From assembly GCA_051306365.1 (NCBI GenBank), contig JBPPNC010000105.1, forward strand, positions 27,340-91,339: a stretch of DNA of 64,000 bases, given 5' to 3'. Below the pieces are notes generated by a model. That model was given only the letters and a program-made list of their open reading frames with translations, did not search any database and was not told the DNA's origin. The DNA comes from Solirubrobacteraceae bacterium (GTDB taxonomy: Bacteria > Actinomycetota > Thermoleophilia > Solirubrobacterales > Solirubrobacteraceae). Of this stretch, positions 53,707 to 63,748 are shown in pieces (the stretch's first letter is position 1; every line of letters starts with the position of its first letter). Made by a program: the position numbers and the translations under genes.

Positions 53707-54081
53707 ATGCCGTCCATCAGCCAGCACTTCCCCTTCTCCGCTCTGCTGCGTCGCCGTTCACCGCGGCCCGCACAGCCGAGTGCGCCTCCCGATCCGCCGC
53801 GGGCCGCCGCGCAGGGGCCGGTTCCCCTGCCGATGCTCGCGCCGATCCCCGAGCCCGACCTGCACTGGGCCGAGCCGCACCCGGCGCCGCTCCTGCGCGA
53901 GCAGGTCGCGGTGCTCGAGGCCGAGCGTGCGCTGGCCGCCCTGCACGGCCTGGACCGGGACGGCGCCTACGCCGAGGATCTCCACGCCGAACTGGCCGCC
54001 GCGAAGGCCGCGTACATCGGCACCGCGGCCGTCGAGCTGGCCGTGTTGCGCGCCGAGCTCAGCGGCCGCCTGCAGGGCTGA
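53707..54081 (+). CDS. 124-aa protein: Pro/Arg-rich N-terminus + conserved helical module (paralog of 29623..29841)
   Basis: AAGGAG lies 6 nt before ATG 53707. C-terminal 62 aa align with the 72-aa ORF, and both end in ..LRA.L.G..QG. Confidence 0.55.
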   Translation: MPSISQHFPFSALLRRRSPRPAQPSAPPDPPRAAAQGPVPLPMLAPIPEPDLHWAEPHPAPLLREQVAVLEAERALAALHGLDRDGAYAEDLHAELAAAKAAYIGTAAVELAVLRAELSGRLQG

Positions 54082-54402
54082 GCCCGGAGCGGCTTCGAGT
54101 CGGGTACCGCGCCGCGCCTGGGGCGGTCGTTGGACTCCCATGACCTCGTTTGACATCACGCCCAGCGCCGCCGCGTCACTCGCGATCCCGCGCGAGCTGG
54201 AGATCAACCGCGCCCTGGCCGAACGACGGGCGGGGGGTACAGGCGCCCGTCGCCCAGGGCGAAGAGCGCAGGCGAGCGCGGCCGACACTGCTAGGTTCCG
54301 GCGCCACGAATCCGGACATCGCAGGGAGACGCGGTGGGCCGGTGGGCTGTCCCGCCCCGTCGCATCAGTTCACCGCACCCGTTTGAAGGAGCCGTCTCCC
54401 GC

Positions 54403-55179
54403 ATGTTCAGCGCACCCCGTGGCCGCAAGGTTCTCGTCACCGGCGCGACGAAGGGCATCGGCAAGGGCATCGCCGCCGTGTTCGCCGGCGCCGGTGCCGA
54501 TGTCGTCATCACCGGCCGCAACGCCGAGGCAGGCGAAGAGGCCGTTCGCGACCTCACCGTGAGCGCCGGCGGCAAGGTCCGGTTCGTCAGGCAGGACGTG
54601 GGCGTGCCGGAGGACTGCGCGCGCGCCGTGCACGAGACGATCGAGCTGCTCGGCGGCCTCGATGTCGTCTGCGCGAACGCGGGCGTGTTCCCGGAACGTC
54701 CCCTGGCCGAGATGACGTCCGTGGACCTGCGCGAGATCTTCGCGATCAACGTCCACGGCTGCATCATGACCGTGCGCCACGCGATCCCGGCGCTCGAGCA
54801 GTCCGGCCGCGGGCGGGTCGTCCTGACCTCGTCGATCACCGGGCCCGTCACGGGCTTCACGGGCTGGTCGCACTACGGCGCGACGAAGGCCGCGCAGCTC
54901 GGCTTCATGCGCACCGCGGCGATCGAGCTCGCCCCGAAGGGCATCACCGTCAACGCCGTGCTCCCGGGCAACATCCGCACCGAGGGGCTCGAGGCGATGG
55001 GCCCTGGCTACATCGCGTCGATGGAGGAGGCGATCCCGCAGAAGCGGCTCGGGAGCGTACGCGATATCGGGCACGCGTGCCTGTACTTCGCCAGCCCGGA
55101 GTCGGGGTACGTGACGGGCCAGTCGCTGGTGGTCGACGGTGGCCAGATCCTGCCCGAGTCGCTGGGCGCGATGGGGTAG
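54403..55179 (+). CDS. SDR-family oxidoreductase (3-oxoacyl-ACP-reductase-like)
   Basis: [18 protein letters not shown], and YGATKAA motifs. Start taken at ATG 54403, preceded by GAAGGAG. Confidence 0.88.
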   Translation: MFSAPRGRKVLVTGATKGIGKGIAAVFAGAGADVVITGRNAEAGEEAVRDLTVSAGGKVRFVRQDVGVPEDCARAVHETIELLGGLDVVCANAGVFPERPLAEMTSVDLREIFAINVHGCIMTVRHAIPALEQSGRGRVVLTSSITGPVTGFTGWSHYGATKAAQLGFMRTAAIELAPKGITVNAVLPGNIRTEGLEAMGPGYIASMEEAIPQKRLGSVRDIGHACLYFASPESGYVTGQSLVVDGGQILPESLGAMG

Positions 55180-55222
55180 GTCTGCGGTTCCCGCTACGGT
55201 TCTGGTTGACAGAACGCCGAAT

Positions 55223-55244
55223 CCCGCACGGTCCGCCGTGCGGG
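55223..55244 (+). terminator. perfect 9-bp stem / 4-nt loop hairpin 44 nt after the SDR stop
   Basis: CCCGCACGG-tccg-CCGTGCGGG. Confidence 0.5.
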
Positions 55245-55353
55245 AGCGGGGGACCCAGGTCGTTGGGGCGAATCGACGCCAAGGTGCGTCGTAGCGCATG
55301 CCTCGTGCGCGAGCCCGTCAGCTCACCCCGTAGGCACCACGTCATTCAGAGAG

Positions 55354-56211
55354 GTGTCGAACTTGTCGCTGACCCGTGCCCGCTGCCGCGCCATCGCGGT
55401 GGCTCCGCTTGCCCTGCTGGGCTTCGTCCCCGCGGCCTCTGCCGCCGTGGGCGGAGCGACCCCGAACGCCACGCCGGAGGTCACCGAACTGCGGTGTCCG
55501 GCCGGTGACGGCGGGGCGAAGTGCCCGCGCGGCGAGGTGCTGCGGCTCTCCGGCGCGCATCTGCGCGAGACCCGCACGGTGGTCTTCCTCGGCGGCAAGG
55601 GCGCGAAGGACGACCGTCGCGCCACGCCGACGACCGCATCGCCGCGCCGCGTGCTCGTGCTGGTCCCGAAGGGGGCGAAGACCGGTCCGGTCCGGGTCAT
55701 CAGCGCGGTGGCGGGCCCCTCGCGCCCCGGCCCCAAGCTCCAGGTCGTGCCGGCAAGCCGGGTGACCCCCGCCGCCAGCGTCGACGGGGCCACCGGCGTG
55801 TTCCCCGTCACCGGGAAGTACGACTTCGGCACTGAGACGAACACCTTCGGCGGCGGCCGCAGCCACCAGGGCCAGGACATCCTCGCGAAGTGCGGCCTGC
55901 CGGTCGTCAGCGCGCTGTCCGGCGAGATCCAGCACGTCGCGTTCCAGAGCGCGGCCGGCAACTACGTCGTCGTCCAGGCCGACGACGGCACGAGCCAGGC
56001 GTACATGCACCTGCGCGAGCCGTCGACCTGGAAGAAGGGCCAGCCGGTGCGCGCCGGCGAGCGGCTCGGCGTGGTCGGGTCCACCGGCCGGTCGACCGCG
56101 TGCCACCTGCACTTCGAGCTCTGGACCGCGCCCGGGTGGTACCTCGGCGGCGAGCCGATGGACCCGCTGCCCAGCCTGAAGGCCTGGGCGGCCCGGACGA
56201 CGAAGGGCTGA
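55354..56211 (+). CDS. secreted M23-family metallopeptidase
   Basis: Signal peptide ...FVPAASA. HQGQDIL (HxxxD) and CHLHFELW (HxH) motifs. Confidence 0.8.
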   Translation: MSNLSLTRARCRAIAVAPLALLGFVPAASAAVGGATPNATPEVTELRCPAGDGGAKCPRGEVLRLSGAHLRETRTVVFLGGKGAKDDRRATPTTASPRRVLVLVPKGAKTGPVRVISAVAGPSRPGPKLQVVPASRVTPAASVDGATGVFPVTGKYDFGTETNTFGGGRSHQGQDILAKCGLPVVSALSGEIQHVAFQSAAGNYVVVQADDGTSQAYMHLREPSTWKKGQPVRAGERLGVVGSTGRSTACHLHFELWTAPGWYLGGEPMDPLPSLKAWAARTTKG

Positions 56212-56239
56212 GCCTCCGCCGGCCGGGCCGCGCTGATGC

Positions 56240-57763
56240 TCAGCGCTGGCGGTTCGGGCCGCGGAAGAGCGTCTTCGCGGGCTTGCTCTTGCCCTTGCCC
56301 TTCGCCTTGCCCGGCGCCTGCTTGTCGAACGCGTACACGGCGGTCGCGTACGCGGCGCCGTCGGAGAGCTGGTCGAGACCGGTCTCCCCGATGTTCGAGA
56401 GCGTGTCGCACGCCTGGTGGTAGCAGCGGTCCAGCGCCTCGCCGAGGACGCCGCCGAACAGGCTCACCTGCTCCGCCGTCTTGAGCTGCTCGGCACCGCT
56501 GAACAGTCCGCCCGCAGGGATCCCGACGTCGATGAACGGCCCGTAGTCCGAGCGGCCGTCGAACGCCGTCGGCTGGGTGGCGAGGCCGCGCCCGGCGAAG
56601 TACTGCAGGAACGTCTGCTCGATGTCGCCGGAGAACGACGGCCCCGCCGTCCCGGTGTCCGACCCGTCACCGTCGTAGACGAGCCGCGCCCAGTTCGGCG
56701 ACCCCAGCATGTCGAAGTTGAGGTTCAGCCCGATCGTGGCGAGCTCCTCCTCGCTGAGCTCCGCGACGTAATGCTCGGAGCCGAGCAGGCCCGCTTCCTC
56801 GGCGCCCCAGAACGCGAAGCGGACGGGGTTGGCCGGCTTCGGCCCGCGGGCGAGCTGCTCGGCGATCTCAAGGATCGTCGACGTGCCCGTGCCGTTGTCG
56901 TTGATGCCCGGCCCATCGATGACGGAATCGAGGTGCGCCCCGACCACGACGAGCTTGCCCGCCTGCTTGGCGTTGCGCGGCGCGAGGTCGCCGATGACGT
57001 TCTCCGTCGAGCGGATCTGCGACTCGGTCTGCGTAGCGATCCGGGCGCGCGTGCCGGCCTGGGCCAGCTCGCCGCCGAGCGGGAAGCTCACGGACACGAC
57101 GGGGATCCCGACGGGGGCCCCGAGCGTACCGGCGAACAGGTCGGTGCGATCCGCGCCGCCGTTGCCCTGGTTGAAGATGATCGCGCCGGCGGCGCCCGCC
57201 GCCTCGGCGTTCGCGGCCTTCTGACCGAACGGGCAGGAGCCCCGCTGCAGGAGCGCGATCGCGCCCGCGGGGAAGCCGGCGAAGTCGCTCTCCTCGCAGC
57301 CGGACGTGGCGGCCGCCGGGTCGGCGATGGAGAGGTCGACGCCCACGACGTCGGCGGTGACGTCACCGGCGCCGGAGTACTCCATGACGAGGTAGTGCTC
57401 CTCGACGGTGTACGTCGTCGGCGTCAAGGCGGTCCGCTCGAAGGCCGAAGGGCCGGTCTCGCGGTAGAACGGGAAGTCGAACGATTGGCGGGTGACCTGC
57501 AGCCCGGCGGCCTCCATGCGGTCGGCGACGTACTCGGCGGACGCCGCGTACCCGGGCGTGCCGGAGGCGCGGGTGCCGTTGTTCGCGGTCGCGATCGCCT
57601 GGAGCGCCTGGAGGTGCTCGGTGATGCCCGGCAGCGTGACGGCGCGGGCAAGGCGGTCTGGGGCGCCACCGGGCGGTGCGGCCGCGGCGGGCGCCGCAAG
57701 CGCGAGGGCAAGTCCGGCGGTGAGGGCGCACACGGCGGTCCGCGCACGAGGAATTCTGGCCAC
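56240..57763 (-). CDS. secreted M28-family aminopeptidase with PA domain
   Basis: Signal peptide. VVGAHLDSV...GINDNGTGTSTILE...FAFWGAEE motifs. Confidence 0.85.
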   Translation of the reverse strand: MARIPRARTAVCALTAGLALALAAPAAAAPPGGAPDRLARAVTLPGITEHLQALQAIATANNGTRASGTPGYAASAEYVADRMEAAGLQVTRQSFDFPFYRETGPSAFERTALTPTTYTVEEHYLVMEYSGAGDVTADVVGVDLSIADPAAATSGCEESDFAGFPAGAIALLQRGSCPFGQKAANAEAAGAAGAIIFNQGNGGADRTDLFAGTLGAPVGIPVVSVSFPLGGELAQAGTRARIATQTESQIRSTENVIGDLAPRNAKQAGKLVVVGAHLDSVIDGPGINDNGTGTSTILEIAEQLARGPKPANPVRFAFWGAEEAGLLGSEHYVAELSEEELATIGLNLNFDMLGSPNWARLVYDGDGSDTGTAGPSFSGDIEQTFLQYFAGRGLATQPTAFDGRSDYGPFIDVGIPAGGLFSGAEQLKTAEQVSLFGGVLGEALDRCYHQACDTLSNIGETGLDQLSDGAAYATAVYAFDKQAPGKAKGKGKSKPAKTLFRGPNRQR

Positions 57764-57793
57764 GAGGGCCTCCCTTCGGTTGATCTCGCGCGC

Positions 57794-58145
57794 CTACCCC
57801 TTCGCGGCGGTTGTCACACGCGGGAACCGTTCGCGCCGCTGCTGCGCGCCGAGCCCGGCGACGAGGCCCCAGAACGGCGCGCTGATGCTCAGGACGGTCA
57901 TCCCGGTGATGTTCTGTAACGCCATCGTGACGAGGAAGCGGGGAGCCAGACCGATGATCGCGCCGGCATCGACCGCGCGGGCGCCATCGTCAGGCAGATG
58001 ACGAGCAGGCCCGACGCCGCCTCGGCCTCGGTCGCCCCGGCGGCGCGCAGCCCCGTCAGCACGAGGGCGAACGTGCTCGCGAACCCCACGACGACCGGAC
58101 GACACCGGCGATCGCCGGCTGCGCGGTGCCGCCCCGCTCGCTCAT
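57794..58145 (-). pseudogene. benE-like (benzoate membrane transport family) relic: frameshifted, with most of the gene deleted
   Basis: ATG 58145 forms an ATGA overlap with the XRE gene stop. VGFASTFALVLTGLRAAGATEAEAASGLLVICLTM (BenE N-terminal region) and ITGMTVLSISAPFWGLVAGL (BenE C-terminal region) sit in different frames only ~100 codons apart. Confidence 0.55.
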
Positions 58146-58702
58146 CCGTAGAGCATGAGGTTCAGGGTCCGCGTCGCGCGCGCACCGGTCGTGTACACGT
58201 GCTCGACATCGGCGGCGAACCGCGCGAGGTCCCCGACGCGCAGCTCGACGGTCTCGTCGGCGGGCCCCACCGTGATGGCGCCCGCGGTGCAGAGCAGGAG
58301 CTCCTCGGTGCCCGGCGGGTGGGCGGGCGAGCGCTGCTCGGTCCGGGCGGGCAGCTCCCAGGTCCAGAGCTCGGTCCGCCGTGCCCGCGTGTCGGTGTGC
58401 AGGAGCAGGCCCGACAGCCCCGAGTCGGCGACGACCGGCTCACCCTCGCCGGCGCGCAGGACGCTGATCCGCGGCGTGGCGTTGGGAGCGACGAGCGCGC
58501 CGAGCCCCACCCCCAGGGCCTGCGAGAGCTTCCACAGCGTCTCCATCGACGGGTTGCCCTCGCCGCGCTCGATACGGGCCAGGATCGTCTTGGACAGTCC
58601 GCTGGCGCGGCTGACGTCGCCCAGCGATTCCCCGCGCGCGGTGCGCTGCGCGTGGACGGCCCGGCCGACGCGCCGCGCGAGGTCGTCGAGATCGTCACTC
58701 AT
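58142..58702 (-). CDS. XRE-family transcriptional regulator with C-terminal cupin domain
   Basis: HTH SLGDVSRASGLSKTILARIERGEGNPSMETL plus a beta-rich C-terminus. Confidence 0.85.
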   Translation of the reverse strand: MSDDLDDLARRVGRAVHAQRTARGESLGDVSRASGLSKTILARIERGEGNPSMETLWKLSQALGVGLGALVAPNATPRISVLRAGEGEPVVADSGLSGLLLHTDTRARRTELWTWELPARTEQRSPAHPPGTEELLLCTAGAITVGPADETVELRVGDLARFAADVEHVYTTGARATRTLNLMLYG

Positions 58703-58746
58703 AGTTGACGAACGGAAACTCTAGTGGACGGCGTAGACTTCTGGGC

Positions 58747-59391
58747 ATGTCCACGCCCCCCGAGACGCGCAGCGTCAAGATCTCCGACGACGAGCGGGGA
58801 GGCTGGTCCTCCGATCGCCCGCGCCGCGACGGCGCCGACTCGCCGCCCAAGCCGCGCGACATCTCCGTCCGCACCCGCGTCCTGCAGCCCGCGTTCCGGC
58901 TGCGCTACTCACCCGGCAGCCTGCTGCTCATCGTCAGCGGCTCGGTCGAGCAGGCCGAGCAGTTCGCGAACCGGGCCCTCGAGGAGAAGAACGCGCTGCT
59001 GTCGATGGCGAAGGTCCGCCGGCTGCTCGCCGGCAAGGTCAGCGCCGACGAACTGGAGACGCGTGCGGCGCAGCTCCTCGACGCCGCGATCACCAAGCGC
59101 CTGCAGGCCGGCGACAGCACCGTCGTCATCCCCGACACGATGAGCGCCGAGGAGCGCGAGCCGCTCCTGCGCGCGGCCGCCGCACTGCGCCGCCCGCGGC
59201 ACCTCATCCTGCTCGAGGCGCCGCGCGACGCGGTCTCCGAGGAGGACCGCCTCGTGCTCAACGACCTACGCAAGGCGCTGGACGGCGGCGACGTCGGCAG
59301 CGAAGGGATCCAGACGGCGCTGCGCCTCGGTGGCGCGACGATCGCGGAGACGAAGAAGATCGTGTTCCGCCCGCCGCCGGCCGACGACTGA
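58747..59391 (+). CDS. polynucleotide-kinase/zeta-like P-loop kinase fold protein lacking the Walker A motif
   Basis: LLLIVSGSVEQAEQF occupies the position of the usual G....GK[ST] motif. The downstream pattern VVIPDTMSAEEREPLL...RPRHLILLEAPRD parallels that of PNK-like kinases. Confidence 0.55.
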   Translation: MSTPPETRSVKISDDERGGWSSDRPRRDGADSPPKPRDISVRTRVLQPAFRLRYSPGSLLLIVSGSVEQAEQFANRALEEKNALLSMAKVRRLLAGKVSADELETRAAQLLDAAITKRLQAGDSTVVIPDTMSAEEREPLLRAAAALRRPRHLILLEAPRDAVSEEDRLVLNDLRKALDGGDVGSEGIQTALRLGGATIAETKKIVFRPPPADD

Positions 59392-59505
59392 CGCGGTGGT
59401 TCGCGGGGTGGCATCCAGGGCCGACGGAGACCGGGAAGACCTTCCCGCGAGCGTGCGGGCGGGGCGTGTGCCGCTTCCCCACCCACACGCCCGCGGAGGA
59501 ACGAG

Positions 59506-60681
59506 CTAGTTGAGCCGCTCGATGATCATTGCCTCGCCCTGACCCTGCGCCACGCACATCGTCTCGAGACCGAACGTGCCGTCGGCCGTCTCGAGGTCGT
59601 TGAGCAGCGTCGTCAGGATGCGGACGCCGGTCTGGCCGAACGGGTGGCCGAGGGCGATCGCGCCGCCGTGCGGGTTGAGCTTGGCGTAGTCGAAGCCGAC
59701 CTCGTCGGCGATCGGGATCACCTGGGCGGCGAACGCCTCGTTGAGCTCGTAGATGTCGATGTCGCCGATCGTCAGGCCGGCGCGGTCGAGCGCCTTCTTG
59801 ATCGCGCCGATGGGCGCGACGCCCATGAGCTCGGGCTCGTTGCCCCAGGTCGCGGCGGTGATGAAGCGGGCGCGCGGCGTCAGGCCGAGCTCCCTGGCCT
59901 TGTCCTCGCTCATGATGAGCGCCGCGGCCGCGCCGTCGTTGAGCGGGCACGAGTTGCCGGCCGTCACGGTGCCGCCCTCGCGGAACGCGGGCTGCAGCTG
60001 GGACAGCTTCTCGTACGTCGACGAGGCGCGCGGGCCGTCGTCCTTGGAGACGACGGTGCCGTCGGCGAGCGTCAGCGGGATGATCTCGCGGTCGAAGAAG
60101 CCCGACTCCTGGGCGGCGACAGCGCGCTCCTGGGACTGCTGGGCGAACTTGTCCTGGTCCTCGCGCGAGACGCCGTACTTGACGGCCACGTTCTCGGCCG
60201 TCAGGCCCATCGCGATGTAGGCGTCGGGCTGGCCCGGCTCCCTGCCCTGGAGCTTCTCGTTCTGATCCTCCGGGTGGGCGGCCTCCTGCGCGGCGTTGTA
60301 GCGCGAGACGAACTCCACGCCGCCGGCGATGTACACGTCACCCTGGCCGGCCTGGACCGCGTTCGCGGCGTTGCGGACGGCGTCGAGACCCGACGCGCAG
60401 TAGCGCGAGACGGTGATGCCGTTGGTCTCCTGGCCGAGCTTCTCGCTGAGCAGGACCGCGATGCGGCCGATGTTGTTGGCCTGCAGGCCCTGCGGCAGGC
60501 CGCAGCCGGTCACGACCTCTTCGACCGGTGCTTCACCACCCACCCCGACGGCCGGGTTGCGCTCGAGGAGCTGGTCGATGGTGTAGGCGAGGGTCTCGTC
60601 GGGCCGCAGGGAGGCGAGCGAGCCCTTGAACGCGCGGCCGACCGGGGTCCGGACGGCGTCGACGATCACGGCGTTGGGCAT
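59506..60681 (-). CDS. acetyl-CoA C-acetyltransferase (thiolase)
   Basis: RYCASGLDA active-site Cys region, NEAFAAQ, and C-terminal GLETMCVAQGQG. Confidence 0.93.
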   Translation of the reverse strand: MPNAVIVDAVRTPVGRAFKGSLASLRPDETLAYTIDQLLERNPAVGVGGEAPVEEVVTGCGLPQGLQANNIGRIAVLLSEKLGQETNGITVSRYCASGLDAVRNAANAVQAGQGDVYIAGGVEFVSRYNAAQEAAHPEDQNEKLQGREPGQPDAYIAMGLTAENVAVKYGVSREDQDKFAQQSQERAVAAQESGFFDREIIPLTLADGTVVSKDDGPRASSTYEKLSQLQPAFREGGTVTAGNSCPLNDGAAAALIMSEDKARELGLTPRARFITAATWGNEPELMGVAPIGAIKKALDRAGLTIGDIDIYELNEAFAAQVIPIADEVGFDYAKLNPHGGAIALGHPFGQTGVRILTTLLNDLETADGTFGLETMCVAQGQGEAMIIERLN

Positions 60682-60897
60682 TCGTGTTCCTTTCAGGCGT
60701 CCGCCCGGCGCGGGTGAGGATGCGCACGGGCGAGTCTGGGTCCAGGCGCTGGGCCGCCCGCGCGGACGGCGGGACGTGCGCGGGGGTGTACTGGAACAGT
60801 GTGGCAGGGACGGTCAGGACGGCGGCTTCCGCCCGTCACATGACGGACGGCGGGAAGCACCTCCGCCAGGGACGAACGGCGATCGAGCCTGTGACGC

Positions 60898-62586
60898 TCA
60901 GCTGACGCTGACGACCGGCAGCGGCGCGACCGGCTCGGGCTTCGCGGTCGCGGTCTGCCCAGCGATCGGCACGACGCCGATCGGCTCGTGGACCTGCGCG
61001 CCCTCCTTCGCCGGCACCCGTGACATGGCGCGCTCGGCCATCGCCGTGATCGTCAGCGACGGGTTCACCCCGACGTTCGCCGGGACCGCCGAGCCGTCGC
61101 ACACGAGCAGGTTCTCGTAGCCGTGCACGCGGTGGTCGGCGTCGACGACGCCGTCCTGCGCGGTCTCCCCGACGACCACGCCGCCCAGGAAGTGCGCGGT
61201 CGACGGGATCGAGAACAGCGACTCGAGGATCGACGACGCCGCGATGCCGCCGGTGCGCTTGGCCAGCCACTCGGTGAAGTCGTTGGCGACCGGAATGAAT
61301 CGCGGGTTCGGGCGGTCCGGGTCCTCCTGGGTCTGCAACCGCACCTTGCCGTTGCGGCCGGGCTTCGCGACGAGCCGGATGGCGTTGTCGAGCGACTGCA
61401 TGACGAGCACGATGATGGTCCGTTCCGACCAGCCCGGCGTGGACATGAGCGCCGCGTAGCGGCGAGGGTGGCGGATGATCTGGCCCAGCAGCTTGAGCGG
61501 TCGCGCCGCGCGGGAGCCGTCGCCCGTCAGCAGGGTGAAGATGCTGCGCATCGCGCCGCCGCCCTTGCCGTAGACGACCGTCTCGATGTGCGTGTGCTGG
61601 TCGGGGTAGATCGACGAATTGATCGCCACGCGGTTGATGAGCCCCGGGTCCTTGTCCGGTGGCACCGTGACGCCGAGCACCGCCTCGCTGTTCGTCCGCA
61701 CGAGGTGGCCGAGGCGTGGCGAGAGTCGCGGCAGGTCGCCATTGGCCTTGGCCTGCGCGAGCAGCTGGTTCGTGCCGAGCGCGCCGCCGGAGAGGACGAT
61801 GCCGCGCGTGCGGAGGACCTGCCGGTCCTTGCGCCGCCACGCACCGGAGCGCTCGTGCACGATCTCCCAGCCGTCCTCGCCGCGCTCGTCGAGCGGCCGG
61901 ATCGTCATGACCTGGCGCTGCGGCGTGATGCGCACACCGCGCTTCTCGGCGAACCAGAGGTAGTTCTTCGGCAGGCTGTTCTTCGCGCCCACCGGGCAGC
62001 CGATCATGCAGCGTCCGCACGTCGTGCAGCCCGTCCGCGCGGGCCCCTCGCCGCCGAAGTACGGGTCGGGCACCGTCTCACCGGGGTTGTCGAGGTACGC
62101 GCCGACGCGCGCGGTGCGGTACGTGTCAGCGCAGCCGATCTTCTCCCCGTACTCGAGGAGCATCTGGTCGGCCGGGTCGCCCACGGCGGCGTCGGTGACG
62201 CCGAGCATCCGCTGCGCGGTCTCGTAGTGCGGGGAGAGCTCGGCGTGCCAGTCGTGGCCCGCGGGCCACTGCTTGTCGAGGAAGAACGGCGGGGGCGGCG
62301 TGTACAGCGTCATCGCGTAGCCGAGGCTGCCGCCGCCGACCCCGGTGCCGGCGGTGACGAACACGTCCTTGAACGGCATCATGCGCATGATGCCGCGCAT
62401 GCCGAACTTCGGCGCGTAGAAGTATTTGCGCAGATCCCAGGTCGAGGACGGCAGGTCCTCGTCCTCGATGCGGTTGCCCTGTTCGAGCACCTGCACCGAG
62501 TAGCCCTTCTCCGCCAGGCGCAGGGCGGAGACGCTGCCGCCAAACCCTGAGCCGATCACCACCCAGTCGACATCATGTGACCCCAT
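60898..62586 (-). CDS. GMC-family FAD oxidoreductase (cholesterol-oxidase-like)
   Basis: DWVVIGSGFGGSVSALRLAEKG ADP-binding motif. C-terminal GMC block NLLVCDGSAVPANVGVNP. Confidence 0.85.
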   Translation of the reverse strand: MGSHDVDWVVIGSGFGGSVSALRLAEKGYSVQVLEQGNRIEDEDLPSSTWDLRKYFYAPKFGMRGIMRMMPFKDVFVTAGTGVGGGSLGYAMTLYTPPPPFFLDKQWPAGHDWHAELSPHYETAQRMLGVTDAAVGDPADQMLLEYGEKIGCADTYRTARVGAYLDNPGETVPDPYFGGEGPARTGCTTCGRCMIGCPVGAKNSLPKNYLWFAEKRGVRITPQRQVMTIRPLDERGEDGWEIVHERSGAWRRKDRQVLRTRGIVLSGGALGTNQLLAQAKANGDLPRLSPRLGHLVRTNSEAVLGVTVPPDKDPGLINRVAINSSIYPDQHTHIETVVYGKGGGAMRSIFTLLTGDGSRAARPLKLLGQIIRHPRRYAALMSTPGWSERTIIVLVMQSLDNAIRLVAKPGRNGKVRLQTQEDPDRPNPRFIPVANDFTEWLAKRTGGIAASSILESLFSIPSTAHFLGGVVVGETAQDGVVDADHRVHGYENLLVCDGSAVPANVGVNPSLTITAMAERAMSRVPAKEGAQVHEPIGVVPIAGQTATAKPEPVAPLPVVSVS

Positions 62587-63284
62587 GACCCATCAGCGTA
62601 CGCCCTCTCCGGCGTCCGGCGCAGTGGCCGGCTGCCAACGGGACCGGTTCCTGGTGGGACCTCGTCACATCCTGGCTGGGTCACGCGGACGGTGACGGCC
62701 TTTGTGGTCGGGGCGCCGCCGCCGGCCGGAGTGAACACGAGGGTGAGCGACGGGTTGTGGCCGCTGCCGGCCGAGCCCGTCACCTTCACGCAGTCGAACG
62801 ACGTCGACGACGTGGCGTTGATCGTCGCGCCGTTGATGCACGACGCGTACGTCGGCGTCGTGCCGCCGCGCACCGCGTAGGCGACGCCGGCCTTGAAGTC
62901 CACGGCGCCTGTCGCGTTGACGTTCACCCAGCGGAACTTCGGGCGCGCGTAGATCGCGTAGCCCTTCTTCTCCTTGACGGTGGTGGTCCCGACGCGGTGG
63001 GCGGCGACCAGGGTCTGCCACACGTCGCCGCCGTTGCCGATCCCGCGGGGGGAGAAACGGAACTTGCAGCCGGTGTTGCTCGCGCCGCAGCTCTCGAGGA
63101 TCGCGTACGGCGGGGTGGAGAAGCCGAGCTCGCTGGAGAACAACCAGGCGACGTTCGAGTACACGCACTGGGTGAGCGACTCGGGGACCAGGCAGTTCGG
63201 GTTCAACGGGGTCCCGAACGGCGGGTCGGGGTCGTAGCCCGAGTTGAGCGTCACCTCGGCGACGTCCACGGTCGCCTGGTCCAC
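62556..63284 (-). pseudogene. Cys-containing beta-rich (secreted-type) domain with no start or signal of its own, fused in frame to a TetR relic
   Basis: Has 6 Cys and Gly/Thr/Asn-rich strands (KFRWVNVNATGAVDFKAGVAYAVRGG). The only upstream in-frame sequence is TetR C-terminal-domain-like. Its 3' end overlaps the GMC gene start by 31 nt. Confidence 0.4.
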
Positions 63285-63660
63285 CCCCTGACGCTGCAGG
63301 CCGGCCTCCAGGGCGGCCGCGAGCTGCACGCGGACCGCGGCACGGTCGCCTTCGATGCGCGCTTGCACCGACGGCGGCGACCCTTCGACCGGCATCAGGA
63401 TGAGGTGCCAGGTCAGCGGCGAGGCGCGACGACCTCGAGGTTCGCGCGCAGCGCGCCGAGTGCGACGTCCCAGGCCGGCCGGCTTCACGGTCGAGCAGCG
63501 CGTTCAGGAGCCCCGGCAGGTCATGGAAGTGTCCGTAGATGATCGTCGTGATCCCGGCGGCCTCGGCGACTGCGTCGATCGACTCCGCGCCGAACCCGTC
63601 ACGGGCGATGATCGCCAGCGTCGTGTCGAGCAACTGCTCGCGGCGGGCCCCGCCGGACAT
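63285..63660 (-). pseudogene. TetR-family regulator gene with two frameshifts
   Basis: MSGGARREQLLDTTLAIIARDGFGAESIDAVAEAAGITTIIYGHFHDLPGLLNALLDREA is in frame A, AWDVALGALRANLEVVAPRR in frame B, and LTWHLILMPVEGSPPSVQARIEGDRAAVRVQLAAALEAGL in frame C. Confidence 0.55.
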
Positions 63661-63748
63661 GCGGGGGATCTGGACACCCTTGACGTGATAGTTACACCAG
63701 CGTAGGTTACGCAACTGCAAGTTACGGCAGCGCGACCTCTCCTCGCCA

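Noticed and set aside
54140-54238. A third copy of the small helical-protein module downstream of 53707-54081.
   Set aside because: Only a short ELEINRALAER stretch is similar. RALA-type strings are common in an Ala/Arg-rich proteome, and the frame loses coding character right after it. It is mentioned in a finding but not called as a feature.
60780-60810. ACTGG-AA-CAGT element upstream of the thiolase gene, considered as another FadR site.
   Set aside because: The arms are only 4-5 bp and lie ~115 nt from the start. This cannot be distinguished from chance.
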